From: Candidatus Zixiibacteriota bacterium
GTDB lineage: Bacteria; Zixibacteria; MSB-5A5; GN15; JACZUZ01
NCBI GenBank assembly: GCA_024280775.1
Contig: JAJRPM010000015.1
Span: 81,721 to 145,720, forward strand
Direction: 5' to 3'
DNA length: 64,000 nucleotides
Under the pieces are notes generated by a model. That model ran no database searches, was not told where the DNA came from, and saw only the letters and a program-made list of their open reading frames with translations. Positions 10,684 to 21,442 of this stretch are shown piece after piece. The translations under genes were made by a program, and so were the position numbers. The number at the start of each line of letters is the position of its first letter. Within the stretch, counting starts at the first letter, position 1.

Positions 10684-11295
10684 TCAAAGACTACGAGACT
10701 GGCCACTCGCTAATGCTGGAATCAGCCAAAAAGCGACGGCTATTTTCAGCGTGGCTCCGGCTAAGAACGGATAGAATCCCATCTGCAGGAGCAGATTATT
10801 ATCAACGAATAGTGACAACTGGATCAATCCGCAGGCGAAAATCAGAGCTGTTCCAATCAGCAAGGCTAAAGCTGATAGCAAAAAGTTTCTATCCCAACCT
10901 CTATCGGCAAGAGTTCCTGTCACTAATGCAGTCAGAAGAAACCCCAGCAGATAACCGCCAGTAGGCCCAAACAAGACCGCCGCTCCACCGCTAGCTCCGG
11001 CAAAAACCGGAAGGCCCATAGCTCCTTCGAGCAGGTAAAGAGTAATAACGCTGACAGCTCGCACTCTTCCGAGAGCCATTGCAGTCAACAGGACTCCGAA
11101 TGTTTGGCCAGTTACCGGCACAATGGTAAACGGTAAGCTAATTGAGATTTGCGCAGTGATTACCAGCATTACATTGAATGCCAGAACCAGGAGGATATCT
11201 CGCGTGAGGGCTGATTCAAAAGCGCCTAGCCCTCTAAGACTATCAACCACATATGAGCTTCTACGCAAAACCGCTACTTTAGCTGTTGTTACCAT
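10684..11295 (-). CDS. bioY: biotin transporter BioY (ECF S-component-like)
   Basis: PFTIVPVTGQTFGVLL, GPTGGYLLGF and five to six TM helices typical of BioY. No bioMN nearby. Confidence 0.8.
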   Translation of the reverse strand: MVTTAKVAVLRRSSYVVDSLRGLGAFESALTRDILLVLAFNVMLVITAQISISLPFTIVPVTGQTFGVLLTAMALGRVRAVSVITLYLLEGAMGLPVFAGASGGAAVLFGPTGGYLLGFLLTALVTGTLADRGWDRNFLLSALALLIGTALIFACGLIQLSLFVDNNLLLQMGFYPFLAGATLKIAVAFWLIPALASGQSRSL

Positions 11296-11372
11296 TCTGC
11301 AATCTTTCTCTTACCTGTTACCAGTCGTCGATGGTCCGTCTTATGTAGTCTGCCTGCAATGCGTAAGTCAGG

Positions 11373-12536
11373 CTAACTCTTATTCAGGGTTTCAAGATAG
11401 CGCTTGGTTAGGTTGCGCGAAATAACGATTCGCTGAATCTCACTGGTGCCCTCGCCAATTTCGCAGAGTTTCACATCGCGCCATATCCTCTCAGCAGGAT
11501 ACTCGCCAACACGAGCTCCGGCTTGCTCCAGTATACCTATGGCCTTCGCGGCGCAACGTGTACCTACTTCCGAGGCAAACAGCTTGGCATGAGCGGAATT
11601 GGCGCTGTAGGGTATTCCCTCATCTTTCATCATTGCCGCCCGGTATATCAAGCCCCGTGCGGCCTCAAGCTCGGTTTCCATATCGGCAAGTTGAAATGCG
11701 ACCCCCTGACGCTCTGATAGTTTCAAGCCGGTAGCTTCCTGTTCTACAGCGTATTTCACGGCGCAATCAAGGGCGCCCTGCCCTAACCCGAGCGCCATGG
11801 CTCCAATTGAGATTCGTCCACCATCGAGGGTCTTCATGAACTGCTTGAATCCACCGCCGGTTTCGCCTAGTTGGTTTTCGAGTGGCACTTTGACATCATC
11901 AAAATGCATAAACGCAGTGTCACTACCACGTAAACCTAGTTTGTTTTCTTTTTTACCTGGTGTGAAACCGTCCCATCCTTTTTCCAGGATGAAAGAAGAA
12001 ATCCCGCGACTTCCCGGCTCATCCGAGGTCTTGGCAGTGACAACAGCGGCGTAACACTCCGAGGCTGAGGTTATCCAGCATTTTGAACCGTTGAGAGTCC
12101 AGGTATCATCCTCCAAAACGGCACGAGTCTTGGTGCCGCCAGCGTCAGACCCCGCCCCCGGTTCAGTCAGCCCAAAGGCCACTAACTCACCGGCGCAACC
12201 ACGCGGGAGATACTTGCGCTTTTGTTCTTCTGTGCCAAATGCATAAATCGGCCACAACCCTAGTGAATTGTGAGCCGCAATGGTGATTCCAGTCGAGCCG
12301 CATACACGTGAGAACTCCTCAACGGCGATTGCATATTCAAGCGTCTCAAATCCTGAGCCGCCGTATTTCTTGGAAACCACCATGCCCAAATAGCCTTCAT
12401 CAGCTAAGGGTTTCATTAGCTCTATTGGAAAGCGCTGTTGCTCGTCGATTTCGACAGCCAATGGGGCCACGCGCTCTTCTGCAAAAGCGCGAACCTTTTC
12501 ACGAAATTCCTGGTATTTCTTATCCCAAAAATTCAT
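11373..12536 (-). CDS. acyl-CoA dehydrogenase
   Basis: GLTEPGAGSD, WITSA and IGEGTSEIQR signatures of the ACAD family. Substrate not assignable by eye. Confidence 0.88.
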   Translation of the reverse strand: MNFWDKKYQEFREKVRAFAEERVAPLAVEIDEQQRFPIELMKPLADEGYLGMVVSKKYGGSGFETLEYAIAVEEFSRVCGSTGITIAAHNSLGLWPIYAFGTEEQKRKYLPRGCAGELVAFGLTEPGAGSDAGGTKTRAVLEDDTWTLNGSKCWITSASECYAAVVTAKTSDEPGSRGISSFILEKGWDGFTPGKKENKLGLRGSDTAFMHFDDVKVPLENQLGETGGGFKQFMKTLDGGRISIGAMALGLGQGALDCAVKYAVEQEATGLKLSERQGVAFQLADMETELEAARGLIYRAAMMKDEGIPYSANSAHAKLFASEVGTRCAAKAIGILEQAGARVGEYPAERIWRDVKLCEIGEGTSEIQRIVISRNLTKRYLETLNKS

Positions 12537-13678
12537 TAGCTCCTCAACAAGTCACGAGAAATCACCATCAACTGCGCCTCGGTAGTGCCTTCGTAAATCT
12601 CGGTAATACGCGCATCACGGAAATAGCGCTCGACTGCGTATTCCTTGATATAGCCGTAGCCTCCATGAATCTGCAATGCCTCATTGGCGATGTAATTCGC
12701 AGACTGGCTGGCAAAGAGTTTGGCCATTGAAGCTTCGCGATGAATAAATTTCTCACCGGAATCTTTGAGAGCCGCGGCGCGATAGACCAACATCCTTGAG
12801 GCCTCCAAACGAGTCGCCATATCAGCCAGCTTGAATTGAATCGCCTGGAAATTAGAAATCGGCTGATTGAATTGCTCGCGCTCTTGTGAATACTTAAGCG
12901 CCTCATTGAGCGCGGCCATCCCAATTCCAACCGCCTGAGCGCCTACACCGATTCTGCCACCGTTGAGAATTCCAACCGCAGTTTTGAAGCCATCGCCCTC
13001 AGCGCCAATAATATTCTCTTTGGGAACTTTGACATCTACTAAGATCACTTCGCGCGTATCTGAACAACGAATGCCAAGTTTGTTTTCTTTCTTACCGAGT
13101 GACAGCCCTTCGCTTTTGGCTTCAACCACAAAAGCGCTGAGGCCTTTGCGACCTGCCGAGGGATCAGTTTTGGCGAATACAATAAACACATCGGCAAAAC
13201 CGGCATTGGTAACCCAAAGTTTGTTGCCAGTGAGAAGGTAGTGATCACCCTTGTCGACTGCGGTGGCTCCGATACTCATGATGTCAGTTCCCGCTCCAGC
13301 CTCTGACAAGCAATAGGCTCCAATCCAGCCTTCGGCGATTTTTGGCAAATACTTTTCACGCACCGCATCACCGCCGAAGAGGTTAATGGCCTCAATGCAT
13401 AGCGAGTTGTTTACCGAAACGGTAATACCCAGTCCAGCGCTAGCTGCTGATAACTCCTCGATGACTACGGCATAGGTCAACATTTCAAGCTCAAGACCGC
13501 CGAACTTTTCGGGAATCAGCACACTGAAGAAACCCAGCTCCTGAGCCTCTTTGATTACGTCCTCTGGAATCTCTCCCTTGGCGTCCCATTCCTCGGCGTT
13601 AGGATAGACCCGTTTTTCGGTGAACTCGCGTGTTGCCTGGCGCATGTCCAGGGCTTCTTCTGTTAATTGAAAACTCAT
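12536..13678 (-). CDS. acyl-CoA dehydrogenase (short/branched-chain type)
   Basis: CLSEAGAGTD, WVTNAG, QIHGGYGY and IYEGTTEAQ motifs. The stop overlaps the next start (ATGA at 12536). Confidence 0.9.
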   Translation of the reverse strand: MSFQLTEEALDMRQATREFTEKRVYPNAEEWDAKGEIPEDVIKEAQELGFFSVLIPEKFGGLELEMLTYAVVIEELSAASAGLGITVSVNNSLCIEAINLFGGDAVREKYLPKIAEGWIGAYCLSEAGAGTDIMSIGATAVDKGDHYLLTGNKLWVTNAGFADVFIVFAKTDPSAGRKGLSAFVVEAKSEGLSLGKKENKLGIRCSDTREVILVDVKVPKENIIGAEGDGFKTAVGILNGGRIGVGAQAVGIGMAALNEALKYSQEREQFNQPISNFQAIQFKLADMATRLEASRMLVYRAAALKDSGEKFIHREASMAKLFASQSANYIANEALQIHGGYGYIKEYAVERYFRDARITEIYEGTTEAQLMVISRDLLRS

Positions 13679-13723
13679 AGTAGAACCTATCGTATATGTT
13701 TGTGCTTATTTGTAATCAAAAAA

Positions 13724-14584
13724 CTATTCGTAAGAGTGAAACCCTCTACCGGACTTGCGACCGAGGTAACCGGCCTGAACCATCTTGCGTAACAACGGAC
13801 AAGGACGATATTTTGAATCGCCGTAACCTTCATGCAAAGTTTCCATAATCGCCAGGCACACATCCAGTCCGATAAAATCCGCCAGTGTCAGCGGGCCCAT
13901 CGGATGATTCATACCTAACATCATAACCGAGTCAATCTCTTTGGCTCCGGCTACGCCTTCCATTAAGGTATACGCCGCTTCGTTAATCATGGGCATTAAA
14001 ATTCGATTTGCGACAAAACCGGGGTAGTCATTTACCTCCACCGGAGTCTTGCCCAACTTCTCACACAATGCGTAAATCAACGAAAATGTTTCATCGCTGG
14101 TTGCCAGACCGCGAATCAATTCGACCAGTTTCATAACCGGAACCGGGTTCATGAAATGCATTCCGACGAATCTATCGGCTCTACCGGTCGATGATGCAAG
14201 TTGTGTAATTGGTAGTGAGCTTGTGTTAGAGGCCAGAACACTTTCAGCAGGCAATATCTTTCCCAATTCAGAAAAAATAGCGTCCTTCACCTCAAGATTT
14301 TCAAACACCGCCTCGATCACTAGCTGGCAATCACCGCATTCTGAAAGCGCAGTCACCATTGACAGATTCGCCAAAGTCGCCGATTTTTGCTCAGCGGTGA
14401 TTTTCTCTTTTTTGAGTTGTCTATCGAGGTTCTTAGTGATTGTCGCAGTGGCTTTCTCCAGCGAGGCTTCGCTTTTGTCACACAGCACAACCTTGAACCC
14501 CGACTGCGCAAACACATGAGCAATGCCATTGCCCATAGTTCCGGCGCCAACTACGCCGACTGTTTTGATATCATCAATTTTCAT
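13724..14584 (-). CDS. hbd: 3-hydroxyacyl-CoA (3-hydroxybutyryl-CoA) dehydrogenase
   Basis: N-terminal [13 protein letters not shown] Rossmann motif, [13 protein letters not shown] and C-terminal GRKSGRGF motif. Confidence 0.9.
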   Translation of the reverse strand: MKIDDIKTVGVVGAGTMGNGIAHVFAQSGFKVVLCDKSEASLEKATATITKNLDRQLKKEKITAEQKSATLANLSMVTALSECGDCQLVIEAVFENLEVKDAIFSELGKILPAESVLASNTSSLPITQLASSTGRADRFVGMHFMNPVPVMKLVELIRGLATSDETFSLIYALCEKLGKTPVEVNDYPGFVANRILMPMINEAAYTLMEGVAGAKEIDSVMMLGMNHPMGPLTLADFIGLDVCLAIMETLHEGYGDSKYRPCPLLRKMVQAGYLGRKSGRGFHSYE

Positions 14585-14609
14585 ATTTCAACTCACTTTG
14601 CCTCGGGGC

Positions 14610-15815
14610 TTAGACCAGCTCCACTGACAAGGCAACCGCGTTTCCGCCGCCGAGACACAGAGTCGCTACGCCGGTTTTCTTGTTGCGGTCTTTGAGAGCG
14701 TAAATCAAAGTTGTCAGGATTCTAGCTCCGGAGGCTCCTATCGGATGTCCCAGCGCTACAGCGCCTCCGTTGACATTCACCCTATCCCAGTCCCAACCTA
14801 GCGCGTCACCATCGGCGAGCGCCTGCACCGCGAATGCCTCGTTGGCTTCAATCAAATCAAAATGATCAATGGTCACTTCCATCTTTGCCATCAGATTCTG
14901 CACCGCATAAATTGGCGCAAAGAAAAGGTCTTTCGGCTCAACACCTGCGGTGGCGTAGTCAACAATTCTCGCTAGAGGTGTCAAGTTCTTCTCCTTCATA
15001 AATGACTCAGAAACCACAACCAAAGCCGAAGCTCCGTCATTGAGTCCTGGTGCGTTTCCGGCGGTTACCGAACCACCCTCACGAACAAACGCCGGACGTA
15101 ACTTTGCGAGTTTCTCCGCTGTGGTTCCCGGACGAGGACATTCGTCAGTGTCAAAGATTACCGGATCACCGCGACGTTGCGGGATAGTGACAGGAACAAT
15201 CTCTTCTTTGAACTTTCCAGCCTCAATTGCGGCAAGCGCTTTGGCGTGTGAGTTTGCCGAGAACTCATCCTGTCTTTCGCGTGTGACACTGGCTTTTTCG
15301 GCAGTGTATTCAGCGGCGCCACCCATGTGCCAATTCTCAAATGAATCCCAGAGTCCGTCAAGGATCATTGAGTCTTCAAGTTTCTTATGCCCAAAACGCA
15401 GTCCCTCTTTGGCGTTGTGCAATACATACGGAGTGTTTGACATCGACTCCATGCCACCGGCCATGACAGCATTGTTGTCACCGGCGCGAATTGATTGCGC
15501 CGCGAGCATCACAGATTTTAGACCTGAACCGCAAACTTTGTTGACTGTCAAAGCCGGAACACTGCCCGGTAAGCCACCGTGAATCGCCGCCTGACGCGCT
15601 GGCGCCTGACCGTTACCGGCTTGTATGACGTTGCCCATGATTGCCTCGTCGATGTCTGTACCGTTGAGTCCGCTACGCTTTAGCGCTTCGGCGATAACCA
15701 CTGCGCCCATTTCTGTAGCGGTTTTGGAGGATAACCCGCCCTGAAAATTTCCGATAGGTGTTCTGCAGGCGGAGACAATAAAGGCCTGTTCGCGGTCAGA
15801 TTGTGGTTTTGTCAT
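14610..15815 (-). CDS. acetyl-CoA C-acetyltransferase (thiolase II)
   Basis: Active-site VNKVCGSGLK, NEAFA, NVNGGAVALGHPIGASGAR and CLGGGNAVA motifs. Confidence 0.93.
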   Translation of the reverse strand: MTKPQSDREQAFIVSACRTPIGNFQGGLSSKTATEMGAVVIAEALKRSGLNGTDIDEAIMGNVIQAGNGQAPARQAAIHGGLPGSVPALTVNKVCGSGLKSVMLAAQSIRAGDNNAVMAGGMESMSNTPYVLHNAKEGLRFGHKKLEDSMILDGLWDSFENWHMGGAAEYTAEKASVTRERQDEFSANSHAKALAAIEAGKFKEEIVPVTIPQRRGDPVIFDTDECPRPGTTAEKLAKLRPAFVREGGSVTAGNAPGLNDGASALVVVSESFMKEKNLTPLARIVDYATAGVEPKDLFFAPIYAVQNLMAKMEVTIDHFDLIEANEAFAVQALADGDALGWDWDRVNVNGGAVALGHPIGASGARILTTLIYALKDRNKKTGVATLCLGGGNAVALSVELV

Positions 15816-16268
15816 GATTGTAAGTGAATCCTTTCCCGGGGGAATCTAGTCGGAGTTACCTGAATGCAAGAAACTCGATTAGAAAAACTCCAATACGAAA
15901 AATGTGTCAATAGCGGGTCTTCCCGAATGTAACCCTTCCGAATGCTCGGACGACAACTCTTTGCGTCGCTTTTGGTTACAGCGAGACATTCTCCCGCTTG
16001 ATTCGCCCCGATTGCAGGAGAAGCGTAAGCATAATACCGACAAGTCACTCAGAAATCAAGCAACTGGTCAACCTTTCGCCCTCCACCTAACCGGCGACCA
16101 ATCAAGCAGATACAGAAGATCGGCGCCTGGGATATCAAACATGGGGCCGATAGTTTTTGATTGATTATCAAGCGACAAATGATTGCATTTGGTGTAGAAC
16201 TTAGGCGCTCCGAAACCGAAAGCGACTGAACTTCACTTTGATAGATCAATAACCAAGCAGGAGTAACT

Positions 16269-16985
16269 ATGAATAGAGTAGAAGGTATGATGGCCCATAG
16301 GCGCCACCAAAGACCGGCCCGCACTCGAGCGGCCTTAATGATTTCACTCACAGTCCTGATAATTGTAGCTGGCGCAAAAGCCTCTTCGGCTCAGGGACCT
16401 GCAATCCCATTCAAACCTAAATTATATGTTGGTGGTGGCTATGCGCCGATAATTAGCCCTGATGAAGGCTTCAACGATGTGTTCGCACCAAGCTATTCGT
16501 TTCAGGCCGCCGTTGGTATACCTCTCTCCCCCGGTTTGGAAGTTGTCGGCAAATTTCAATACCACAATTTCAGTCTCGATCTTGAAGGTATCCCTGCGTT
16601 TTCAACCATTCAACCGGCTGTTCTGAATTCACTGGGACTAACAGATCCAGGGCGGACAATCACGATGTTGGGAATTGATTTGAAACTTCCTTTCGGGCCA
16701 ACACTATTGCCGATACGCCCCTATTTTCTTATGGGCGGCGGCAGTTTCACGATGAAACAAGACGATGTCAACCAGATCATTTCTTTTGGCAATCCTCCCC
16801 AAACTATCGAATTTACTCCTCGGCGAATAAATGAAACTGATATCTATTTCAATCTTGGCTTTGGCGCCGATATAAAGATAGGACCGACGTTGGGACTCTT
16901 TATTGAGGGGAAATACGCAATTCTGAACACTCCGGTTGAGAGTTCGGGGCTAACTCCAATCTTCGTCGGTCTGCGACTTTTTTAA
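16269..16985 (+). CDS. small outer-membrane beta-barrel protein (OmpW/OMP_b-brl-like), paralog 1
   Basis: Signal peptide ending ASSAQG, alternating beta-strand pattern, C-terminal VGLRLF. Colinear with the next ORF. Confidence 0.65.
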   Translation: MNRVEGMMAHRRHQRPARTRAALMISLTVLIIVAGAKASSAQGPAIPFKPKLYVGGGYAPIISPDEGFNDVFAPSYSFQAAVGIPLSPGLEVVGKFQYHNFSLDLEGIPAFSTIQPAVLNSLGLTDPGRTITMLGIDLKLPFGPTLLPIRPYFLMGGGSFTMKQDDVNQIISFGNPPQTIEFTPRRINETDIYFNLGFGADIKIGPTLGLFIEGKYAILNTPVESSGLTPIFVGLRLF

Positions 16986-17053
16986 GTCGGAAAACAAAGA
17001 AAGAAATCGAAAACGATTAAGCTAGGCGCTAGGCGCCTGAAGGAGAGCTAACC

Positions 17054-17668
17054 ATGAGACTCACAACTAACATTCGTACCGCGCTGTTTGCCATTCTGGC
17101 TACAGCAACATTTTTCGGGGCAACATCGCTTGCTAAAGCGCAGGCTCCAATACCGAGCTTCAAGCCACACATTTACTTGGCTGGTGGGACTGCGTTAATC
17201 ACCAATCCGACACTCTCGAAAGACATGCTTGATAAAGGATTCTCTTTGATGGCCGCAGTTGGTTTGCCGATGAACATCGGAATTGAGATTGTCCCGAAAG
17301 TGCAGTATCACAGATTCAATGTCACCACTGACTTCCTGCTCGCCAGCTCTCTGACCGCCACTAATCCGAAATTATCAATTCTAACTTTCGGAGCGGACAT
17401 TAAATGGGGATTCTTGCCACCGCTGGCGCCAACCAGGCCATACTTTTTGGTAGGCGGCGGAAGTTCGACAATCACTCGCGATGCGCTCGGTGGCGCGGGA
17501 TTCGGTAGTCTGGACGAAACCAAAATCTATGCAAATATAGGAGCCGGGCTTGACGTTAAGATCGGCCCGACCTTTGCTTTTTTTGTTGAGGGCAAATACA
17601 CATTCGTAAACAGCTCTATCAACAGCATGGGGGTTTTCCCACTGATGGCAGGCTTTCGGATAATGTAA
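17054..17668 (+). CDS. small outer-membrane beta-barrel protein, paralog 2
   Basis: Signal peptide ending SLAKAQA. Shares blocks with paralog 1 (FKPxxYxxGG, RPYFLxGGGS, GPTxxxFxEGKY). GGAG SD 8 nt upstream. Confidence 0.65.
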   Translation: MRLTTNIRTALFAILATATFFGATSLAKAQAPIPSFKPHIYLAGGTALITNPTLSKDMLDKGFSLMAAVGLPMNIGIEIVPKVQYHRFNVTTDFLLASSLTATNPKLSILTFGADIKWGFLPPLAPTRPYFLVGGGSSTITRDALGGAGFGSLDETKIYANIGAGLDVKIGPTFAFFVEGKYTFVNSSINSMGVFPLMAGFRIM

Positions 17669-17699
17669 TTACAGAGCTTATTAGTATCTAGCAAAGCAA

Positions 17700-17738
17700 A
17701 AGGCCAGCTGTGAATAACAGCTGGCCTTGTTTTTTTTT
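17700..17738. terminator. bidirectional intrinsic terminator between convergent genes
   Basis: AAGGCCAGCTG-tgaataa-CAGCTGGCCTT (11-bp perfect stem) followed by nine Ts on the plus strand. A TTTTGCTTTG tract follows it on the minus strand. Confidence 0.85.
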
Positions 17739-17762
17739 GCAGTAGTAATGTCGAGTTTTTGC

Positions 17763-18260
17763 TTAGTCTTGTACTTCTAGTTCGATGATCACTTCATCGG
17801 TGTCTACTTGCTCGCCCGGGCCGAAGTGAATTGCCTTAACCTCACCAGCCGACGGAGAGAGCAATTGGTTTTCCATTTTCATTGATTCGATTACCGCTAG
17901 CGCCTGTTTGGCTTTAACAGTGTCACCTGCTTTCACTAGGATTTTGACAATTTTACCGGGCATCGGCGCGCGTAGTTTGTCTTTTTCTCCTGCGTGTCCG
18001 CTATCACCGGCCGAAGAGACAGAGTCAGCTCCGGCTAATTCGAATTCAATGAGCTGATTGTCAATCGAGGTGAAAACCCGTGACTTGCCTACCGCCACAT
18101 CGCCGTAACAAACATCAGCGCCATTGGTGATAGAATAGCAGTCGCCCTTTCGGGAGATCGTAATCTCTTTGTCATCTATTACAACTACAAACCCGGAGTC
18201 GGTTTTCTTGACAGATGCAGTTATCTCGCAATCTTGATATCGTAATCTATGTGTAGCCAT
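17763..18260 (-). CDS. biotin carboxyl carrier protein plus BT-like N-terminal half (stand-alone)
   Basis: Biotinyl-lysine motif AVIESMKMENQL near the C-terminus. The N-terminal ~90 aa resembles the BT/hook region of acyl-CoA carboxylase alpha subunits. Confidence 0.85.
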   Translation of the reverse strand: MATHRLRYQDCEITASVKKTDSGFVVVIDDKEITISRKGDCYSITNGADVCYGDVAVGKSRVFTSIDNQLIEFELAGADSVSSAGDSGHAGEKDKLRAPMPGKIVKILVKAGDTVKAKQALAVIESMKMENQLLSPSAGEVKAIHFGPGEQVDTDEVIIELEVQD

Positions 18261-18268
18261 TTATCAGC

Positions 18269-19777
18269 CTACCCACTCTCTCCGAGGCGCCATCCACCTA
18301 GCGTCTGCCAGGGAGTCGATTGCGTAGCGCTGGCGCTGTCAAATCTTGCGGCGCTGTTACCAGCGCCACACTCCAATGCAACAGCGGCTAGCGCTGCTGC
18401 GAATGTTACCTTGCTGTCATTTGAGGTATCACCGGTTCCAGTCATTACTTCGTCGATGAAAGCTGTGTGCGTTGCTCCGTCGATGAACTCTTGCTTTCGT
18501 AAGACATCAAGCATGAATCCAGTTGAGGTTTTTAACCCTAGCAAAACATAGCGTTCAAGGGCGTCAATCATTCTCAAACGCGCCTCTTCTCGATTGGCTC
18601 CATAGGTAATCAGCTTTGAGAGAATCGGGTCATAGTCAATCCCAATTACATCGCCTTGGCGCACACCACTGTCAACTCTAACTCCCGGGCCGCAGGGTTC
18701 GGCATAGCGCAACAATGTACCACTCGACGGGAAGAAATTATTGTCGGCATCCTCGGAATAAATGCGGCATTCAATCGCATGCCCTCTTTGCGTGGCGCTA
18801 AGCGCCTCAGAAGAAAGTTTCTCTCCGGCGGCAATACGGATTTGCTCAGCTACCAAATCCAGACCTGTCACCATCTCGGTGATAGGATGCTCAACCTGAA
18901 GGCGCGTGTTCATTTCCAGGAAGTAATAATGTCCGTCTGCATCGAGCAGGAACTCGACTGTTCCAGTTGAATAATACTTACCGGCTTTGGCAATCAATAT
19001 CGCCGATTCGCCCATGCGTTTTCGGAGTTTGTCATCTAGCGCTGTCGAGGGTGTCTCTTCGATAATTTTCTGGTGACGGCGTTGGATTGAACACTCGCGC
19101 TCGAAGAGGTGCGTGACATTGCCGTGTTTGTCACCGACAATCTGGAATTCGATGTGACGGGGACGCACAATATATTTTTCAAGGAACACCCGGTCATCAT
19201 CGAAAGCATTCTTCGCTTCGCGTTGCGCCGCTTCGAGAGCTTCGCCCAACTCTCCCGGGGAGTTCACTAAACGCATCCCTTTTCCGCCGCCGCCAGCGGA
19301 GGCTTTTATCAACACCGGATAGCCAACTTTATCAGCGAGCTTTTTGAAAGCTGTGACATCGGAACTTGCGCCATCCATTCCGGGGGCCACCGGAGCGCCG
19401 GCTTTGCTCACAATCTCACGGGCAGAAACTTTGTCACCCATCAAGCGCATTGATTCAGCCGAAGGACCGATGAAGGTGATACCGTTTTCTTCACAAACCT
19501 CGGCGAAAACCGGATTCTCAGAAAGAAAGCCGTAGCCGGGATGTATGGCATCGGCCCCTGCTTCTTTTGCCGCGGCGATAATCTTATCAATTACCAGATA
19601 TGATTCAAGCGGAGAGGCCGGGCCTATCGGCACAGCTTCGTCGGCGACTGCTACGTGCAGCGCATTCTTATCAGGCTCGGAATAGACAGCCACAGATTCG
19701 ATACCCATCACACGGCAGGTGCGCATTATGCGCACCGCAATTTCTCCGCGATTGGCTATCAGGATTTTCTTAAACAT
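18269..19777 (-). CDS. biotin carboxylase subunit of an acyl-CoA carboxylase
   Basis: ATP-grasp motifs KASAGGGGKGMR, EMNTRLQVEH and IANRGEIA. Ends ...GGWRLGESG, at the point where single-chain alpha subunits continue into the BT domain. Confidence 0.92.
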   Translation of the reverse strand: MFKKILIANRGEIAVRIMRTCRVMGIESVAVYSEPDKNALHVAVADEAVPIGPASPLESYLVIDKIIAAAKEAGADAIHPGYGFLSENPVFAEVCEENGITFIGPSAESMRLMGDKVSAREIVSKAGAPVAPGMDGASSDVTAFKKLADKVGYPVLIKASAGGGGKGMRLVNSPGELGEALEAAQREAKNAFDDDRVFLEKYIVRPRHIEFQIVGDKHGNVTHLFERECSIQRRHQKIIEETPSTALDDKLRKRMGESAILIAKAGKYYSTGTVEFLLDADGHYYFLEMNTRLQVEHPITEMVTGLDLVAEQIRIAAGEKLSSEALSATQRGHAIECRIYSEDADNNFFPSSGTLLRYAEPCGPGVRVDSGVRQGDVIGIDYDPILSKLITYGANREEARLRMIDALERYVLLGLKTSTGFMLDVLRKQEFIDGATHTAFIDEVMTGTGDTSNDSKVTFAAALAAVALECGAGNSAARFDSASATQSTPWQTLGGWRLGESG

Positions 19778-19818
19778 TGCTGGGTTGTCTATCGGTTTTT
19801 CAGTCGGGAAAGTTGTTA

Positions 19819-21426
19819 CTACATGCGGAAGACGCCGAACTTTGCATCTGGGATAGGCTTATTCAGTGACATCGCTAGTCCAAGCCCCAGCGCCGCACGT
19901 GTCTCAGTCATTCCGAGAATACCATCATCCCACAGTCTTGCTGTCGAATAATATGGCGAGGATTCCCTCTCATATTTTTCTAGGATGGGCTGACGGATAG
20001 CTTCAATTTCCTTGGCGCTTAGTTCTTTACCCTGCTTCTTGAGCTGGTTTACCTTAACAGTTGAAAGAACTTCTGCGGCCTGCTCACCGCCCATCACCGC
20101 AATCTTGGCGTTGGGCCACATCCATAGCAGACGAGGATGATACCCGCGACCGCACATAGCATAATTCCCGGCGCCATAGGAGGCGCCGACCATCACAGTG
20201 AACTTCGGCCCAGGGAAACTCGCGGTGGCATGCACTAGCTTAGCGCCGTCACGTGCGATTCCGCCATGTTCATATTGTTTGCCGACCATGAAGCCGGTAA
20301 TATTCTGTAAATAGACCAGCGGAATCTTCCGATGCGCGCATAGCTCAATAAAGTGCGCGCCTTTTTGCGCCGACTCGGCAAAGAGGATTCCGTTGTTGGC
20401 AATAATACCAACCGGATAGCCCATCACATGCGCAAAGCCACAAACCAAAGTTATGCCATAGCGGCTTTTGAATTCATGAAAGCGAGAACCGTCCACAACC
20501 CGCGCTATCAACTCTCGAATATCATAGGGCTGACGCACATCATTGGGAACCACTCCCAGTAGCTCCTGCGGATCATAGTACGGGTCCTCCGGCGCTTTCA
20601 GCTCAAGCGGGAAATATGTATGACGGCCAAGATTCTCTATGACATTACGACACAAAGCCAATGCATGTTCGTCATTATCGGCCAAGTGATCTGCAACACC
20701 TGAAATTCGCGTGTGCACATCACCACCGCCCAACTCCTCGGCAGTGATTTCCTCACCAGTAGCGGCTTTAACCAACGGAGGCCCACCGATAAAAATCGTG
20801 CCTTGCTTTTTGACAATGATAGCCTCATCGGACATCGCCGGAACATAGGCGCCGCCGGCAGTGCAGGAGCCCATCACCACCGCGATTTGCGGAATCCCCT
20901 CGGAGGACATGACCGCTTGGTTGTAGAAGATATTGCCGAAGTGCTCTTTGTCGGGAAACACCTGGTCTTGTAAGGGCAGGAAAGCCCCGCCGGAATCAAC
21001 CAAGTACACACATGGCAGATTGTTTTCACGCGCGATATTCTGGGCGCGAATGTGCTTGGTGACAGTCAGCGGCAAATATGAGCCGCCTTTTACTGTAGCG
21101 TCATTGGCGACTATCATCACCTCTCGCCCATGCACAGCGCCAATTCCTGTGACAACTCCTGCGCTAGGCGCGGCGTCATCGTATATTCCGTTGGCCGCTA
21201 AAGTAGAAAGCTCCAAAAACGGCGAACCCGGATCCAGCAGGCGATCGATTCTATCGCGCGCAAAGAGCTTACCTCGTTCGGTATGCACTTTGCGCGCTCG
21301 TTCACTCCCACCGAGCTTGGCGACTTCGAGACGTTCGCGCAACTGTGAATGCTGGGCGTTGTTTAACTCCACGTTCTTTTTGAATTCGGCGGAGGATGTG
21401 TCTATGTGGGATTCTATGCGGTACAT
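19819..21426 (-). CDS. acyl-CoA carboxylase carboxyltransferase (beta) subunit, methylcrotonyl-/geranyl-CoA carboxylase type
   Basis: 535 aa. Has the two crotonase-like CoA carboxyltransferase halves ([33 protein letters not shown]). The size and end motifs match MCC-beta rather than AccD. Confidence 0.88.
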   Translation of the reverse strand: MYRIESHIDTSSAEFKKNVELNNAQHSQLRERLEVAKLGGSERARKVHTERGKLFARDRIDRLLDPGSPFLELSTLAANGIYDDAAPSAGVVTGIGAVHGREVMIVANDATVKGGSYLPLTVTKHIRAQNIARENNLPCVYLVDSGGAFLPLQDQVFPDKEHFGNIFYNQAVMSSEGIPQIAVVMGSCTAGGAYVPAMSDEAIIVKKQGTIFIGGPPLVKAATGEEITAEELGGGDVHTRISGVADHLADNDEHALALCRNVIENLGRHTYFPLELKAPEDPYYDPQELLGVVPNDVRQPYDIRELIARVVDGSRFHEFKSRYGITLVCGFAHVMGYPVGIIANNGILFAESAQKGAHFIELCAHRKIPLVYLQNITGFMVGKQYEHGGIARDGAKLVHATASFPGPKFTVMVGASYGAGNYAMCGRGYHPRLLWMWPNAKIAVMGGEQAAEVLSTVKVNQLKKQGKELSAKEIEAIRQPILEKYERESSPYYSTARLWDDGILGMTETRAALGLGLAMSLNKPIPDAKFGVFRM

Positions 21427-21442
21427 TTTACCTGGCTATATC

